Source of the DNA: an uncultured Rickettsiales bacterium
GTDB lineage: Bacteria > Pseudomonadota > Alphaproteobacteria > Rickettsiales > CAYLHV01
Direction: 5' to 3'
Assembly (NCBI GenBank): GCA_964383745.1
Contig: CAYLHV010000002.1
Span: 19,625-83,624, forward strand
DNA: 64,000 bases
The position numbers were made by a program, and so were the translations under genes. The notes under the pieces were generated by a model that made no database searches, was not told the origin of the DNA, and saw only the letters and a program-made list of their open reading frames with translations. Each line of letters begins with the position of its first letter. Position 1 is the stretch's first letter. Of this stretch, positions 49,742 to 59,497 are shown in pieces.

Positions 49742-50770
49742 TTAATTAAAAAGAGGCCAGCGTGCTTTGGGTTCAAAATCTAGCGAATCAAACTGATTTG
49801 CCAGAAATTTCTCAATTGCAACCCAGCCAATCATGGCAGCATTATCTGTGCAAAGTTGCATTGGTGGGGTTGTGAGTTTCATTGAATTTTTTGCAGCAAT
49901 TTGCGACATGATTCCAAATAAATATTTATTCGCAGCCACCCCGCCAGCCATCACAATATTATCACTTGCATGTTTTTCTTTGAACAGGGCAATTGCATTT
50001 TTCATTCTAGATTTCAAAATCTCACCCACAATTTTTTGGAAAGAAGCACAAATGTCAAATTTATCTTGCTCTGTGACTTCCCCATTTTCATGCTTTAATG
50101 CAATGATCTCATTCCTAACGGCGGTTTTAAGGCCGGAAAAAGAAAAGTCACAATTTTTCTTTCCTTTCATTGGAATTGGAAAATTGAACCGATTTTCATC
50201 ACCTTTTAATGCGAATTTTTCCACAATTGGGCCGCCAGGATAGCCCAGTTCAAGCATTTTTGCAACTTTGTCAAAAGCTTCACCGAGAGCATCATCGAGC
50301 GTTTCTCCAAATTTTTCATATTTTCCAAGGCCCAAAACTGCCAAAATCTGACAATGCCCGCCAGAAATTAACAAAAGCAAGAACGGATAGGGCACATCAT
50401 TTGTCAATCTGGCAGTGAGCGCATGCCCCTCTAAGTGATTCACAGCAATGAATGGCTTATCTACCAAAGAGGCAATCATTTTAGCACTCATCACACCAAT
50501 GATCACGCCGCCAATTAAGCCAGGTCCTGCAGTTGATGCAATTGCGTCAAGTTGGCTGAATTCCATTTTTGCATCTTGCATAACTTTAGCAATCACATCA
50601 TTCAAATGCTCTAAATGCGCTCTAGATGCAATTTCCGGCACCACTCCGCCATAAATCTCATGAGCTGTTTGGGAGATTGTGTGATGCGCAATGATTTCTT
50701 TATCTGAGGAAATGATGGCCACGGACGTTTCATCACAACTCGTCTCAATTGCCAGAATTTTAATTGCCAT
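49742..50770 (-). CDS. tsaD: tRNA N6-threonylcarbamoyladenosine transferase TsaD
   Basis: Contains ILAIETSCDETSVAI, VNHLEGH, SGGH, and CTDNAAMI. Confidence 0.95.
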   Translation of the reverse strand: MAIKILAIETSCDETSVAIISSDKEIIAHHTISQTAHEIYGGVVPEIASRAHLEHLNDVIAKVMQDAKMEFSQLDAIASTAGPGLIGGVIIGVMSAKMIASLVDKPFIAVNHLEGHALTARLTNDVPYPFLLLLISGGHCQILAVLGLGKYEKFGETLDDALGEAFDKVAKMLELGYPGGPIVEKFALKGDENRFNFPIPMKGKKNCDFSFSGLKTAVRNEIIALKHENGEVTEQDKFDICASFQKIVGEILKSRMKNAIALFKEKHASDNIVMAGGVAANKYLFGIMSQIAAKNSMKLTTPPMQLCTDNAAMIGWVAIEKFLANQFDSLDFEPKARWPLFN

Positions 50771-50852
50771 TTTTTTTATTGCTTAGCCTGAATTGTTCAA
50801 TTATGATGACATCATAATGGCTTTTTGAACTTTTTTCAAATGAAATCACATT

Positions 50853-51665
50853 GTGACAAAATTAATTGGAATTCTTAATCTCACTCCTGATTCTTTTTCT
50901 GATGGAGGAAAATTTTTTTCTGAGAAACAAGCAATTGATCAGACCTTTTCTCTGATTGAAGCTGGCGCAAATGTCATTGATGTTGGCGCTGAGTCAACCA
51001 GACCTCACGCAACCATTTTAACTCCTGAAGAAGAATGGCTGAGAATTGAGAAAATTCTTCCACAAATCATTAAAATCTGTCAAGAACATGAAGTTGAAGT
51101 CAGTTTTGACAGTGTCAAATTCATAAATCTCAAAAAAGCAGCTGAGCTTGGCACTCATTGGCTGAATGATGTTTCTGGAAAATTAGATTCAAACATCATT
51201 GAACTTGCAAAAAATTTTAACCAGAAAATTGTCTTAATGCATAGTTTGACTGTGCCTGCCAACCCAAAAGTCACAATTCCTGAAAGTGAAGATGTGGTTT
51301 TAGTCATTAAAAAATGGCTCTTTGATAAAATCAATCACCTCAAGAAATTTAATTTTAACATAGAAAATGCAATTTTTGATCCGGGCATCGGTTTTGGGAA
51401 AACCGCTCATCAATCAATTGAAATCATTAAACGCATTGAGGAATTCAAGGAATGTGGCTTGAAAATTTATGTTGGACATTCGCGAAAATCTTTTTTTTCG
51501 ACCTTTTCTAATGCTGCTGCAAATGACCGCGACATTGAAACATGTGTTCTTTCAACTTTTCTTTATGCAAAAAAAATTGACTATCTCAGAGTCCATGATG
51601 TGAAGGAAAATTTACGAGCCATTCAGACTTATAAAAAATTTTTTGGAGAATCAGAAAATGCCTAA
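50853..51665 (+). CDS. folP: Dihydropteroate synthase
   Basis: Contains GILNLTPDSFSDGG, IDVGAESTRP, DPGIGFGK, and RVHDV. The start codon is GTG. Confidence 0.9.
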   Translation: MTKLIGILNLTPDSFSDGGKFFSEKQAIDQTFSLIEAGANVIDVGAESTRPHATILTPEEEWLRIEKILPQIIKICQEHEVEVSFDSVKFINLKKAAELGTHWLNDVSGKLDSNIIELAKNFNQKIVLMHSLTVPANPKVTIPESEDVVLVIKKWLFDKINHLKKFNFNIENAIFDPGIGFGKTAHQSIEIIKRIEEFKECGLKIYVGHSRKSFFSTFSNAAANDRDIETCVLSTFLYAKKIDYLRVHDVKENLRAIQTYKKFFGESENA

Positions 51666-52974
51666 AATGCCTCATTGGCCAGTTCCAATCTGGCATTTGC
51701 CAACAATCCAAATGGATAAACTCACCAGAGTTGAGAATTTGCTCAAAGCTGTGGGTGACCCAATTTCTAAAATGCCTCCAATTGTTCATGTTGCAGGCAC
51801 AAACGGCAAAGGATCAACCATCGCATTTTTGCGAGCAATTTTGGAAGAAGCGGGCTATGTGGTCCATTCCTATAGCTCCCCTCATTTGCAAAATTTTAAT
51901 GAGAGAATTAACATCGGGGGCCGAAAAATTTTTGACTCTGAGTTGAAAGAAATTCTAGAAGAATGCCGGATTGCCTCTGAGAAAGAAGAGATTCCCGTCA
52001 CTTTTTTTGAAGGCACTACTGTTGCTGCTTTTAAGGCATTTGCAAAATTCCCTGCAGACATTTGCCTCATTGAAACTGGCATGGGAGGAAGGCTTGACGC
52101 CACAAATGTGATTCCCTCCCCTTTAATGACCATCATCACCAGCATTTCTCTTGATCACCAAGATTTTCTTGGTCACACATTGCAAGAAATTGCAAGAGAA
52201 AAAGCTGGAATCATGAAAAAAAATGCCAAAAATGTCATTAGTCAACAATATGAAGAAATTCTGCCAGTGTTTTTTGCTAAAGCGGAAGAAATTGGCACAG
52301 AGAATTTCATTTTTGAATATGATTTCATTGCGGAAATCATTAAAAATGAGCCATCAAAATTTCTCTATAAAGACAGAAATCGCGACCTAATTCTCAGCAA
52401 ACCAAATTTAGTTGGCGACCATCAAATCATCAATGCGTCAAATGCAATTTTTGCAGCATTTAATTTGGAAGGCTTCAATGTCACAGAAAATCATGTCCAA
52501 ACAGGCATTTTGAAAGCAAAATGGCCTGGGCGCCTTCAGAAAATCACTAATGGCAGGGTTTTTGAATATTTACAAAATGCATCTCTGAATTTTGAACTTT
52601 GGTTTGATGGAGCTCATAACATTGGTGGAGCTCAAATTTTGAAAAATTGGCTTGAAAAAGAAAAAGATTTTATTAATCTGGCAATTTGCGGCACCACAAA
52701 AGGGAAAGATTTCACTAAAATGCTGCAAATTCTGCAAAATGAAATCACTTTTTTATGCGGCCTGACTGTGGAAGGCGAACATTCGAGCTATTCTGCCTCA
52801 TTCATCACAGAAATGGCAAAATTAGCAGAAATCCCTGCCAAATCTGCTGATTCAATTGAAGATGCAATCGAGCTTCTTGTTGAGTTTGCAAGAAAAAACC
52901 ACCCTGAACAAAAAATCAGAATCATCATTTTTGGGTCTCTATATTTAGCTGAAACGGTGATTTCCGTCATTTAA
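51658..52974 (+). CDS. folC: Bifunctional folylpolyglutamate synthase / dihydrofolate synthase
   Basis: Contains HVAGTNGKGST, ETGMGGRLDATNV and DGAHN. The start is uncertain, at 51658 or 51667, and overlaps or abuts the end of folP. Confidence 0.88.
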   Translation: MPKMPHWPVPIWHLPTIQMDKLTRVENLLKAVGDPISKMPPIVHVAGTNGKGSTIAFLRAILEEAGYVVHSYSSPHLQNFNERINIGGRKIFDSELKEILEECRIASEKEEIPVTFFEGTTVAAFKAFAKFPADICLIETGMGGRLDATNVIPSPLMTIITSISLDHQDFLGHTLQEIAREKAGIMKKNAKNVISQQYEEILPVFFAKAEEIGTENFIFEYDFIAEIIKNEPSKFLYKDRNRDLILSKPNLVGDHQIINASNAIFAAFNLEGFNVTENHVQTGILKAKWPGRLQKITNGRVFEYLQNASLNFELWFDGAHNIGGAQILKNWLEKEKDFINLAICGTTKGKDFTKMLQILQNEITFLCGLTVEGEHSSYSASFITEMAKLAEIPAKSADSIEDAIELLVEFARKNHPEQKIRIIIFGSLYLAETVISVI

Positions 52975-53050
52975 AATTAGTTTTTGGGGTTGTAAATGGG
53001 AAAATAATCACTTATATTACACTCACATTTAAACTAAACGAAGGAAAAAA

Positions 53051-53875
53051 ATGAAAAAGTTTTTACCACTGGCAATTAACATCAGCAAATATTTTATATT
53101 TTTATTGGTAATTTCAGCCCTAACATTATTCGCCGGCAAATTTGTTGCAGACACATGTGGGTCGGACAGATTCAAATATGAATATTTTTTGGTGGCATTA
53201 GTGAATCTAATGCTTGGCTGCACAATATTTCACATTGCAATCAGCAAAGAAAAACTCTCGAAAATATTAGCCACCTTGTTAGCATGGACATCTTTATATG
53301 TTCTGATCATCACAAATTCATTGCCAGAATTAAGTGACCGGGGCCAGGATTATTATGAATTCACCTATGTTGCAATCAGCATGTGCTACTCGCTGGTCAT
53401 TGCATTCACTGGCTTAGTCCTTGGAAGCTATTATTTAGAAAATAAAATCAAATATTTTCTAGGCTTCTCATTTCTGATGATCATAATATATTTGATTAAT
53501 GATAGGGTAGAATTTGGTTTTTTCACAGACATAACATTAGTGCCTTTGACAATTTTATTATCAATTCCGGCAATATTAAAAACAAAAACTGCAGGAGAAA
53601 GTAAATATCAACTAATCCACAAACTCCTTCTTCCCTACATGGGCATAATTTACTCTGAATGGACTTTAAGACCATCTTCCCTCACAGGCTCTGATTATGT
53701 GATTGAACCATGCGCCATATCCATTGCTTTACTTGTTCTTCTTTATGGTCAATATATTTTTGTGAAATATAAAAAATCCCAAGCCTGGGATTTTTACAAA
53801 ATTTTGCTCACATTATTTTTGATGATTATAATCATAAGAAGCATTTTGAACATATTAAGAGCTGGATGGGTCTGA
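53051..53875 (+). CDS. Hypothetical polytopic membrane protein
   Basis: 274 aa with about 8 hydrophobic helices. AAGGAAAAAA lies before the ATG. No family recognised. Confidence 0.6.
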   Translation: MKKFLPLAINISKYFIFLLVISALTLFAGKFVADTCGSDRFKYEYFLVALVNLMLGCTIFHIAISKEKLSKILATLLAWTSLYVLIITNSLPELSDRGQDYYEFTYVAISMCYSLVIAFTGLVLGSYYLENKIKYFLGFSFLMIIIYLINDRVEFGFFTDITLVPLTILLSIPAILKTKTAGESKYQLIHKLLLPYMGIIYSEWTLRPSSLTGSDYVIEPCAISIALLVLLYGQYIFVKYKKSQAWDFYKILLTLFLMIIIIRSILNILRAGWV

Positions 53876-55234
53876 AAATGAACAGACTTTATTTCTGCCC
53901 AGCTCTTTTGCTTTATATAAATTCGCATCTGCCCTTTTGATGCAGTCAGAAATTGGCCCTTCTGGATTTAGTGAGCTCACTCCAAAACTTGATGTGATGC
54001 TTAGGCTTTTTTCAAACTCTGAAATGACGAATGGGTGAGATTCGACATTTTGCCTGATTCTTTCAGCAACTTTAACCACCTCTTCTTCTGATGTGTTTGG
54101 CAGCAAAATGATGAATTCTTCTCCTCCAAATCTTGAAACTAAATCAGTGATTCTAACAGAATCGAAAATGATTTTAGCAATTTGTTTCAGAATTTCATCA
54201 CCAGCCATATGACCATTTTCATCATTCACTTTCTTGAAACGGTCAATATCCATCATGATCATGCCAAGTTCTTTTTTCCCTTCTCGAGAAACTTGGGCAA
54301 GTCTTTCAAAATGCACATCAAAATATCGCCGATTATGCACGCCCGTTAAAGCATCAGTGACAGACATGCTCAAACTATCTTCATAACTTTTGACTAATTC
54401 TTCTTGATATTTTTTCCTTTTCACCTGTGAAGAAGCGCGTGCCAGCATTTCATTAATGTCAATTGGCGTTGTGATATAGTCACTGACCCCTAAATCTAGC
54501 CCTTTAATGATTGATTCACTGTCTCCATCTTCCACCATCAGCAAACAGGGAACATGTCTGATGGATTTTTGCGCTTTAATTTGCGAACAAACTCTCAAAC
54601 CGTCATAGTTTGTCATTTGCGAGCTGATGATGAAAAGATCATAGTTTTTTTCATAAATTTCATTATTAATGACATTTGGGTCAGAGATTGAATCAACCTG
54701 TCCAACATAGTGGCTTAATTTTCCTTTCAGATTTTTATTTTCAATTTCATCATCATCAATTAACAGTAACTTTGCTTCTTTTAAGCTATAATTTTTCATT
54801 TCGCCACTGCTGATTCCAAGCAAATTTCTGCTTTGATCCCTTAATTTCAGCTCATCAAGCATTCTCTTTGTGCGAATGAGCGATCTGATTCTTGCGAAAA
54901 GCGCCATGTCATTAATTGGTTTAGTCAAAAAATCATCGGCCCCTGATTCAAGCCCAGCAACCCGGTCTTCAATTTCACTTAAGGCTGTGACCATCACCAC
55001 AGGAATATTGGTAATTTCAGGGTCTGATTTAATGAATCGGCAAACCTCAAAACCATCCATTTCTGGCATCATCACATCAAGCAAAACCAAATCAACCTGA
55101 CTATTTTTTAAAATTGTTAGAGCTTCTGCACCACTTCGAGCAGTCAAAACTGTATAATATTCATTTAAAAGCTTAGTTTCCAACAGCTTAACATTTGGTA
55201 AAAGATCATCGACAACGAGAATGGTTGCTGTCAT
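53855..55234 (-). CDS. pleD: PleD-type response regulator diguanylate cyclase (REC-REC-GGDEF)
   Basis: First receiver has ILVVDD...LLDVMMPEMDG...TKP. A second, adaptor-like receiver follows. The GGDEF domain carries the active site GGEEF and the I-site RITD five residues upstream of it. Confidence 0.88.
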   Translation of the reverse strand: MTATILVVDDLLPNVKLLETKLLNEYYTVLTARSGAEALTILKNSQVDLVLLDVMMPEMDGFEVCRFIKSDPEITNIPVVMVTALSEIEDRVAGLESGADDFLTKPINDMALFARIRSLIRTKRMLDELKLRDQSRNLLGISSGEMKNYSLKEAKLLLIDDDEIENKNLKGKLSHYVGQVDSISDPNVINNEIYEKNYDLFIISSQMTNYDGLRVCSQIKAQKSIRHVPCLLMVEDGDSESIIKGLDLGVSDYITTPIDINEMLARASSQVKRKKYQEELVKSYEDSLSMSVTDALTGVHNRRYFDVHFERLAQVSREGKKELGMIMMDIDRFKKVNDENGHMAGDEILKQIAKIIFDSVRITDLVSRFGGEEFIILLPNTSEEEVVKVAERIRQNVESHPFVISEFEKSLSITSSFGVSSLNPEGPISDCIKRADANLYKAKELGRNKVCSFSDPSSS

Positions 55235-55415
55235 TTTTTCCTCCCATGAATATTATTAATCTCATCTTAATATAATTATACGACATTTCAGACCCATAAT
55301 CAACTAATAGTTTAAGATTATAATAATATTTTTATAAAAATTTGAAGTTTTATACAAATTACCTCTTGCATATATGCATGTTTTAATATATATTAACTAT
55401 ATCAATTATTAATAA

Positions 55416-56810
55416 ATGGTTAAAATTATGAAAAAATATATTTCATTTACAAACGCAGACATAGAAAAATGTCTTTTAAATTCACATACATATGATGAAA
55501 CAGTTGCTAGATATTTAGTTTTAAAGTCAGTGTTGAAATTAAATGGCTTAAGTAAATTAAAATCCATGCTTGATGATGATTCAAAGACCATTAAAACCAT
55601 CAGGAAATTATGTGAAAATGACCTTTGGGAAGATTTATCAATGTTCTTAAAAAGAGACCCAGAAAAGGACGATTATGAATCACATTCAAAAACCCAAATC
55701 TTGAAGGATTTTGAGAAATTTTCCTATGCTAGTAGGGTGATTGAAAAAATCTCTGCCTCATCTCTGGCATTATTAATGCAGAAATGCAGCAAAGAAGAAT
55801 TAAAAAAATATGTTAATGAAGAGCTTGAAAAATATAAAGCAATTTCACAAAAACAAACTGCTAAGGATTTACCTAGAAATGCTCTGTTTTTAAGCATTAA
55901 TAATGGAGATCTCAAATTAATTTCCGAAGATTTTTTAATGAACTCACCAGATCTGCCACTAACTGGCGAACAAAGAGAATTTCTTACACATGCGTGGGAT
56001 CAAGCAACTTTTGATTCTGGTTGGTTTGCAATTTCTGGCTTTTCCCAATTCATTAGACCAAATTTAATGCTAGAATATAATTCCAGAACTAACATGTTAA
56101 TTGACGTTTCTGAAGGTAAAGTTACGGTAAGTAATGGATCAACCGCTGTTTTCCGAGACGAAGATGGAAACATACCTGATGATAATCCTGCAATTAATGC
56201 AGCCTTTACCGTTGACATTTCAGCATTAAAAGGTGATCATTTCACTTTTGGCTGTGCAACTGGAGATGTAGAATTTTATTTCGAACATGAACTTAAAAAT
56301 ATTCATTCTGCTTTAACTGTCACTAAATTACCTCTTCCAAGAACTCTTCCAGTTTCCATTACTGGTGGTCTGATCCCTTCTTTGCATGAGCGCATGACTT
56401 CTTGGCTTGTGGATGAACTTCTTCAAAATGGCAACATGAGCTCTAAGGTGAAGGGTGTATTAAAAGATTTCAACACACAAGAATTGCTTTATTTGAAATT
56501 AGAAAAAGCGTCAAAAGTTGATGTAATCAAAGCACATCTGTTAGACTATCTTTCTGAAGATGTGGCACATCAAGCTGCTACAAAATTATATTGCGCTTTA
56601 TATAATAGATGTTGTGATATTGATGAAGACTCATTCTCTGATGAGTATTATTTTACCTCAAAAAATCCTAGTAGTGAATCTAGTAGTGAATATCCAATAG
56701 GGGTAAGATATCCTTACCCAAGTGAATCTTTTTCAGAAAGATTCACCAATGCCTTCACCTCTTTAGGATCAAAAGTTTTAGAAAGGATCCAAGGTGGTCG
56801 AGGCAAATAA
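55416..56810 (+). CDS. Orphan hypothetical protein (464 aa)
   Basis: Long ORF with no TM helix, no signal peptide and no motif I recognise. It has an acidic, Ser-rich C-terminal region and is preceded by a 181-nt very AT-rich spacer. The start could be 55416 or 55428. Confidence 0.6.
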   Translation: MVKIMKKYISFTNADIEKCLLNSHTYDETVARYLVLKSVLKLNGLSKLKSMLDDDSKTIKTIRKLCENDLWEDLSMFLKRDPEKDDYESHSKTQILKDFEKFSYASRVIEKISASSLALLMQKCSKEELKKYVNEELEKYKAISQKQTAKDLPRNALFLSINNGDLKLISEDFLMNSPDLPLTGEQREFLTHAWDQATFDSGWFAISGFSQFIRPNLMLEYNSRTNMLIDVSEGKVTVSNGSTAVFRDEDGNIPDDNPAINAAFTVDISALKGDHFTFGCATGDVEFYFEHELKNIHSALTVTKLPLPRTLPVSITGGLIPSLHERMTSWLVDELLQNGNMSSKVKGVLKDFNTQELLYLKLEKASKVDVIKAHLLDYLSEDVAHQAATKLYCALYNRCCDIDEDSFSDEYYFTSKNPSSESSSEYPIGVRYPYPSESFSERFTNAFTSLGSKVLERIQGGRGK

Positions 56811-57506
56811 CGCAAGGCAAATTGCCGGTGCAAAAGGAAAAACCTTGCTTTGGGAAATTTTGTTCCAAAGCAAGGAGGTTCCAACGCCGAAAATTCCACA
56901 TAGAAAAAGGAAAAATGGAATTTGACTCCATTTAAGCATTAAAAAACAAAGACTAAATAATTTCACATCTCCAAATCCTAAGGAATCTTTTTTAAGAATT
57001 TTTGTGAAAATATAATTTAAGAAAATGAAAAATAATAAGGCAAAAATGGCCATTGAAAACATTTCAACCAAGGTTTTTCCATTTTCAAATCCTAAGAAAA
57101 TTGCAATTGGCAAAATTGCAACAAGCAGCGAATCACAGATGATGTAATGCTTCAAATCAATCACAGAAATTGTGATTAAAATGGCAGAAAGCATCATCAA
57201 AATGAAACTTTTTTGACCAAAGCCAAATTTGCTTTGAATTAATAGAAAAACCGTGATTGTCAGTAATTCAACAGCTAAATAGCTGATTCCTATTGATTTT
57301 TTACAATTCACACATTTGCCACGCGCAAAAATCCAAGAAAAAACTGGAATTAAATTTCCCATTTTTAAAATAAAGCCACATTTCACACAATGAGACCTTT
57401 TAAAAATGATGTCCAAACCTCTTGGCAGCCTATGGCATAACATATTGATAAAGCTGCCAATTATGCCACCTAAAATTAAAATGATGATTTTCTCAAGCAT
57501 GATCAA
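56778..57506 (-). CDS. Prepilin peptidase (A24 family, PilD/GspO-like)
   Basis: N-terminal Cys pairs CHR...CVKCG...CVNC, a polytopic body, and the two catalytic Asp contexts SVIDLKH and GFGDVKLF. Confidence 0.85.
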   Translation of the reverse strand: MIMLEKIIILILGGIIGSFINMLCHRLPRGLDIIFKRSHCVKCGFILKMGNLIPVFSWIFARGKCVNCKKSIGISYLAVELLTITVFLLIQSKFGFGQKSFILMMLSAILITISVIDLKHYIICDSLLVAILPIAIFLGFENGKTLVEMFSMAIFALLFFIFLNYIFTKILKKDSLGFGDVKLFSLCFLMLKWSQIPFFLFLCGIFGVGTSLLWNKISQSKVFPFAPAICLALFASTTLDPF

Positions 57507-57584
57507 GATTTTTTTATGGAATTACGTAAATCGCTATTATATCATATAATTCAATTGTTAGTTTAATTATATGATATCAATATC

Positions 57585-58520
57585 ATGGATTTATTGCAAA
57601 GATTTAGATCAAATAAAGCATTTTCGCTCATTGAGATGTCAATGGTTTTAATCATCATTGCCACAATTTCAGGTGGAATGATTGCAATGTCAGTCTCTCA
57701 AAGTGAAAATGCAAACAGGGAACAAACACAAAATAAATTTAAAATCATTGAGAAATCTCTTTCAACTTTCATTTCAATTAATAAACGCCTCCCTTGTCCT
57801 GCAGACCCTGCTCTTTCTGAAAATGATGCTAATTTTGGCGTTGAGAGATGCAATTGTAATGAATTTAGAGGCTCAATTTCAGGCAGCTTTCCGGCCCCAG
57901 CTGACTATTCTTGCGCTGCCGCAGATTCTTACAGTGGCGGAGATGTTCCTTTTGTCACGCTTGGCCTGCCCAAACAATTTGCCTCTGATGGCTGGGGGAA
58001 TAAAATTTTCTATTCAGTCAGCGACGCTTTCACTGGCACTAACGCAGCAAATTGTCAAATTGGCACACCTGAAACTCTGTTTGACTTTAATGAATGCAAC
58101 AAAGGGCTTCTCAAAATTCTTGATGCAAATGGCAATGTGAAAACAGACGATGCCGCAATTGTGCTGCTCAGTTTCGGTCCAAATGCGCAAGGGGCTTATT
58201 ATAAAAACATAGATAGCCGCGTTGTTCCAAATCCAACTTCCATTGAATCCGTAAATGCAGATTTGGGAGATGGAAGATTCACGGATAAGATTGTTGAAAA
58301 ATCTGATAATGAAACCATCAATTTTGATGATGTCATTCTCTATAGGACAAAGGAACAATTATTAGGAAATTTAAATATTTCAATATCAAATGGCACTTGC
58401 ACCATTGCAGAAGAAATTCTCAGTTCTGATGATTTATTTTGCGGCAATAATCCTGGTGACGCAAATTGCGCGGCTTATATGTCAAATCTGGCAAATCACA
58501 TTAAGAAACTCTGTCTGTGA
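57585..58520 (+). CDS. Large prepilin-type protein 1 (GspG-like core plus Cys-rich extension)
   Basis: Class III leader MDLLQRFRSNKA followed by FSLIEMSMVLIIIATISG. Internal blocks SDGWGNKIFY and LLSFGPNAQG. 10 Cys. Paralog of the next gene. Confidence 0.75.
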   Translation: MDLLQRFRSNKAFSLIEMSMVLIIIATISGGMIAMSVSQSENANREQTQNKFKIIEKSLSTFISINKRLPCPADPALSENDANFGVERCNCNEFRGSISGSFPAPADYSCAAADSYSGGDVPFVTLGLPKQFASDGWGNKIFYSVSDAFTGTNAANCQIGTPETLFDFNECNKGLLKILDANGNVKTDDAAIVLLSFGPNAQGAYYKNIDSRVVPNPTSIESVNADLGDGRFTDKIVEKSDNETINFDDVILYRTKEQLLGNLNISISNGTCTIAEEILSSDDLFCGNNPGDANCAAYMSNLANHIKKLCL

Positions 58521-58531
58521 GAAAGTTTAAA

Positions 58532-59497
58532 ATGATGAAAAATAAAAAAAATAACTCTGGCTTCTCCTTGGTGGAATTGTCACTTGTAATGGTGATTTCC
58601 TCGGTCATCATTGGCCATTTGCTTGGTTTTGCAACGGAAAAACAACATGACAGTAAACTGAAATCCACAAAAGATAATTTCTCAATTGTTGAAGAAGCAA
58701 TCTCAGATTTTCTGATTAAAAATGGCAGACTCCCTTGCCCATCATCTTTTACAGAAGACATATATTCCTCAAATTCTGGCATAGAAAATTTAAGTTCAGA
58801 CAAGCTTTCATGCATTGGCACTGTCACAAATCCCTATGAATCAACAACAGCAAATGATTTTCTTGCAATTGGAACCATTCCAACAAAATCTCTTGGCATT
58901 CCTGATGATTTGGCTTTAGACTCATGGGGAAGAAGAATGACTTATGTTGCTGTGAAAGCCTGCGCTCAATCTCAAACAGGAGGAAATACTAAATTTTTCA
59001 GACATGCCGACAATACTTGCGGCAATGGAAGCTCTGGCCATTTAAGAATTTTAGATCAATCTGGCGGCACCATCAGCCTAGATGCAGTTTTTGTGATTGT
59101 CAGTCATGGAAGTAATGGCCATGGCGCAATTTCTAGGCTTTCCTATGACAGAATAAAATCATCAGAAAAATTAAGTGAAGATGAAATCAAAAATGCTCAA
59201 TTAGATGCAAATGGCCAAATTGTCAGTAATGATGGTGTTTTTGTGCAAAGAAGCATGAATCTTAATAAGAGCGATGGTTATTATGATGATTTAATTTCCT
59301 ATCAAACAAGAAATCAAATCATACAAAATTCAAATGGCCTTCTCAAAAATGGATCATATTTAAGTTATTTATGCAAAATCTCAGACAAAATCCCAGATCT
59401 GGCTGCAGCTCAGCAAATTTGTGGACCAAATGCTAATGTGGATTGCGCACAAAATCTGACTTCTCTTGCAGGAGAAATAGGAAGAATCTGCTATTAA
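58532..59497 (+). CDS. Large prepilin-type protein 2 (paralog of 57585-58520)
   Basis: Leader MMKNKKNNSG followed by FSLVELSLVMVISSVIIG. Internal blocks LDSWGRRMTY and IVSHGSNGHG. 8 Cys. A GTG at 58517 is an alternative start. Confidence 0.75.
   Translation: MMKNKKNNSGFSLVELSLVMVISSVIIGHLLGFATEKQHDSKLKSTKDNFSIVEEAISDFLIKNGRLPCPSSFTEDIYSSNSGIENLSSDKLSCIGTVTNPYESTTANDFLAIGTIPTKSLGIPDDLALDSWGRRMTYVAVKACAQSQTGGNTKFFRHADNTCGNGSSGHLRILDQSGGTISLDAVFVIVSHGSNGHGAISRLSYDRIKSSEKLSEDEIKNAQLDANGQIVSNDGVFVQRSMNLNKSDGYYDDLISYQTRNQIIQNSNGLLKNGSYLSYLCKISDKIPDLAAAQQICGPNANVDCAQNLTSLAGEIGRICY

Noticed and set aside
57682-58140. 152-aa ORF in an alternative frame on the same strand as pseudopilin 1
   Set aside because: The chosen frame carries the prepilin leader and aligns along its length with the paralog downstream. 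The alternative frame has neither feature.
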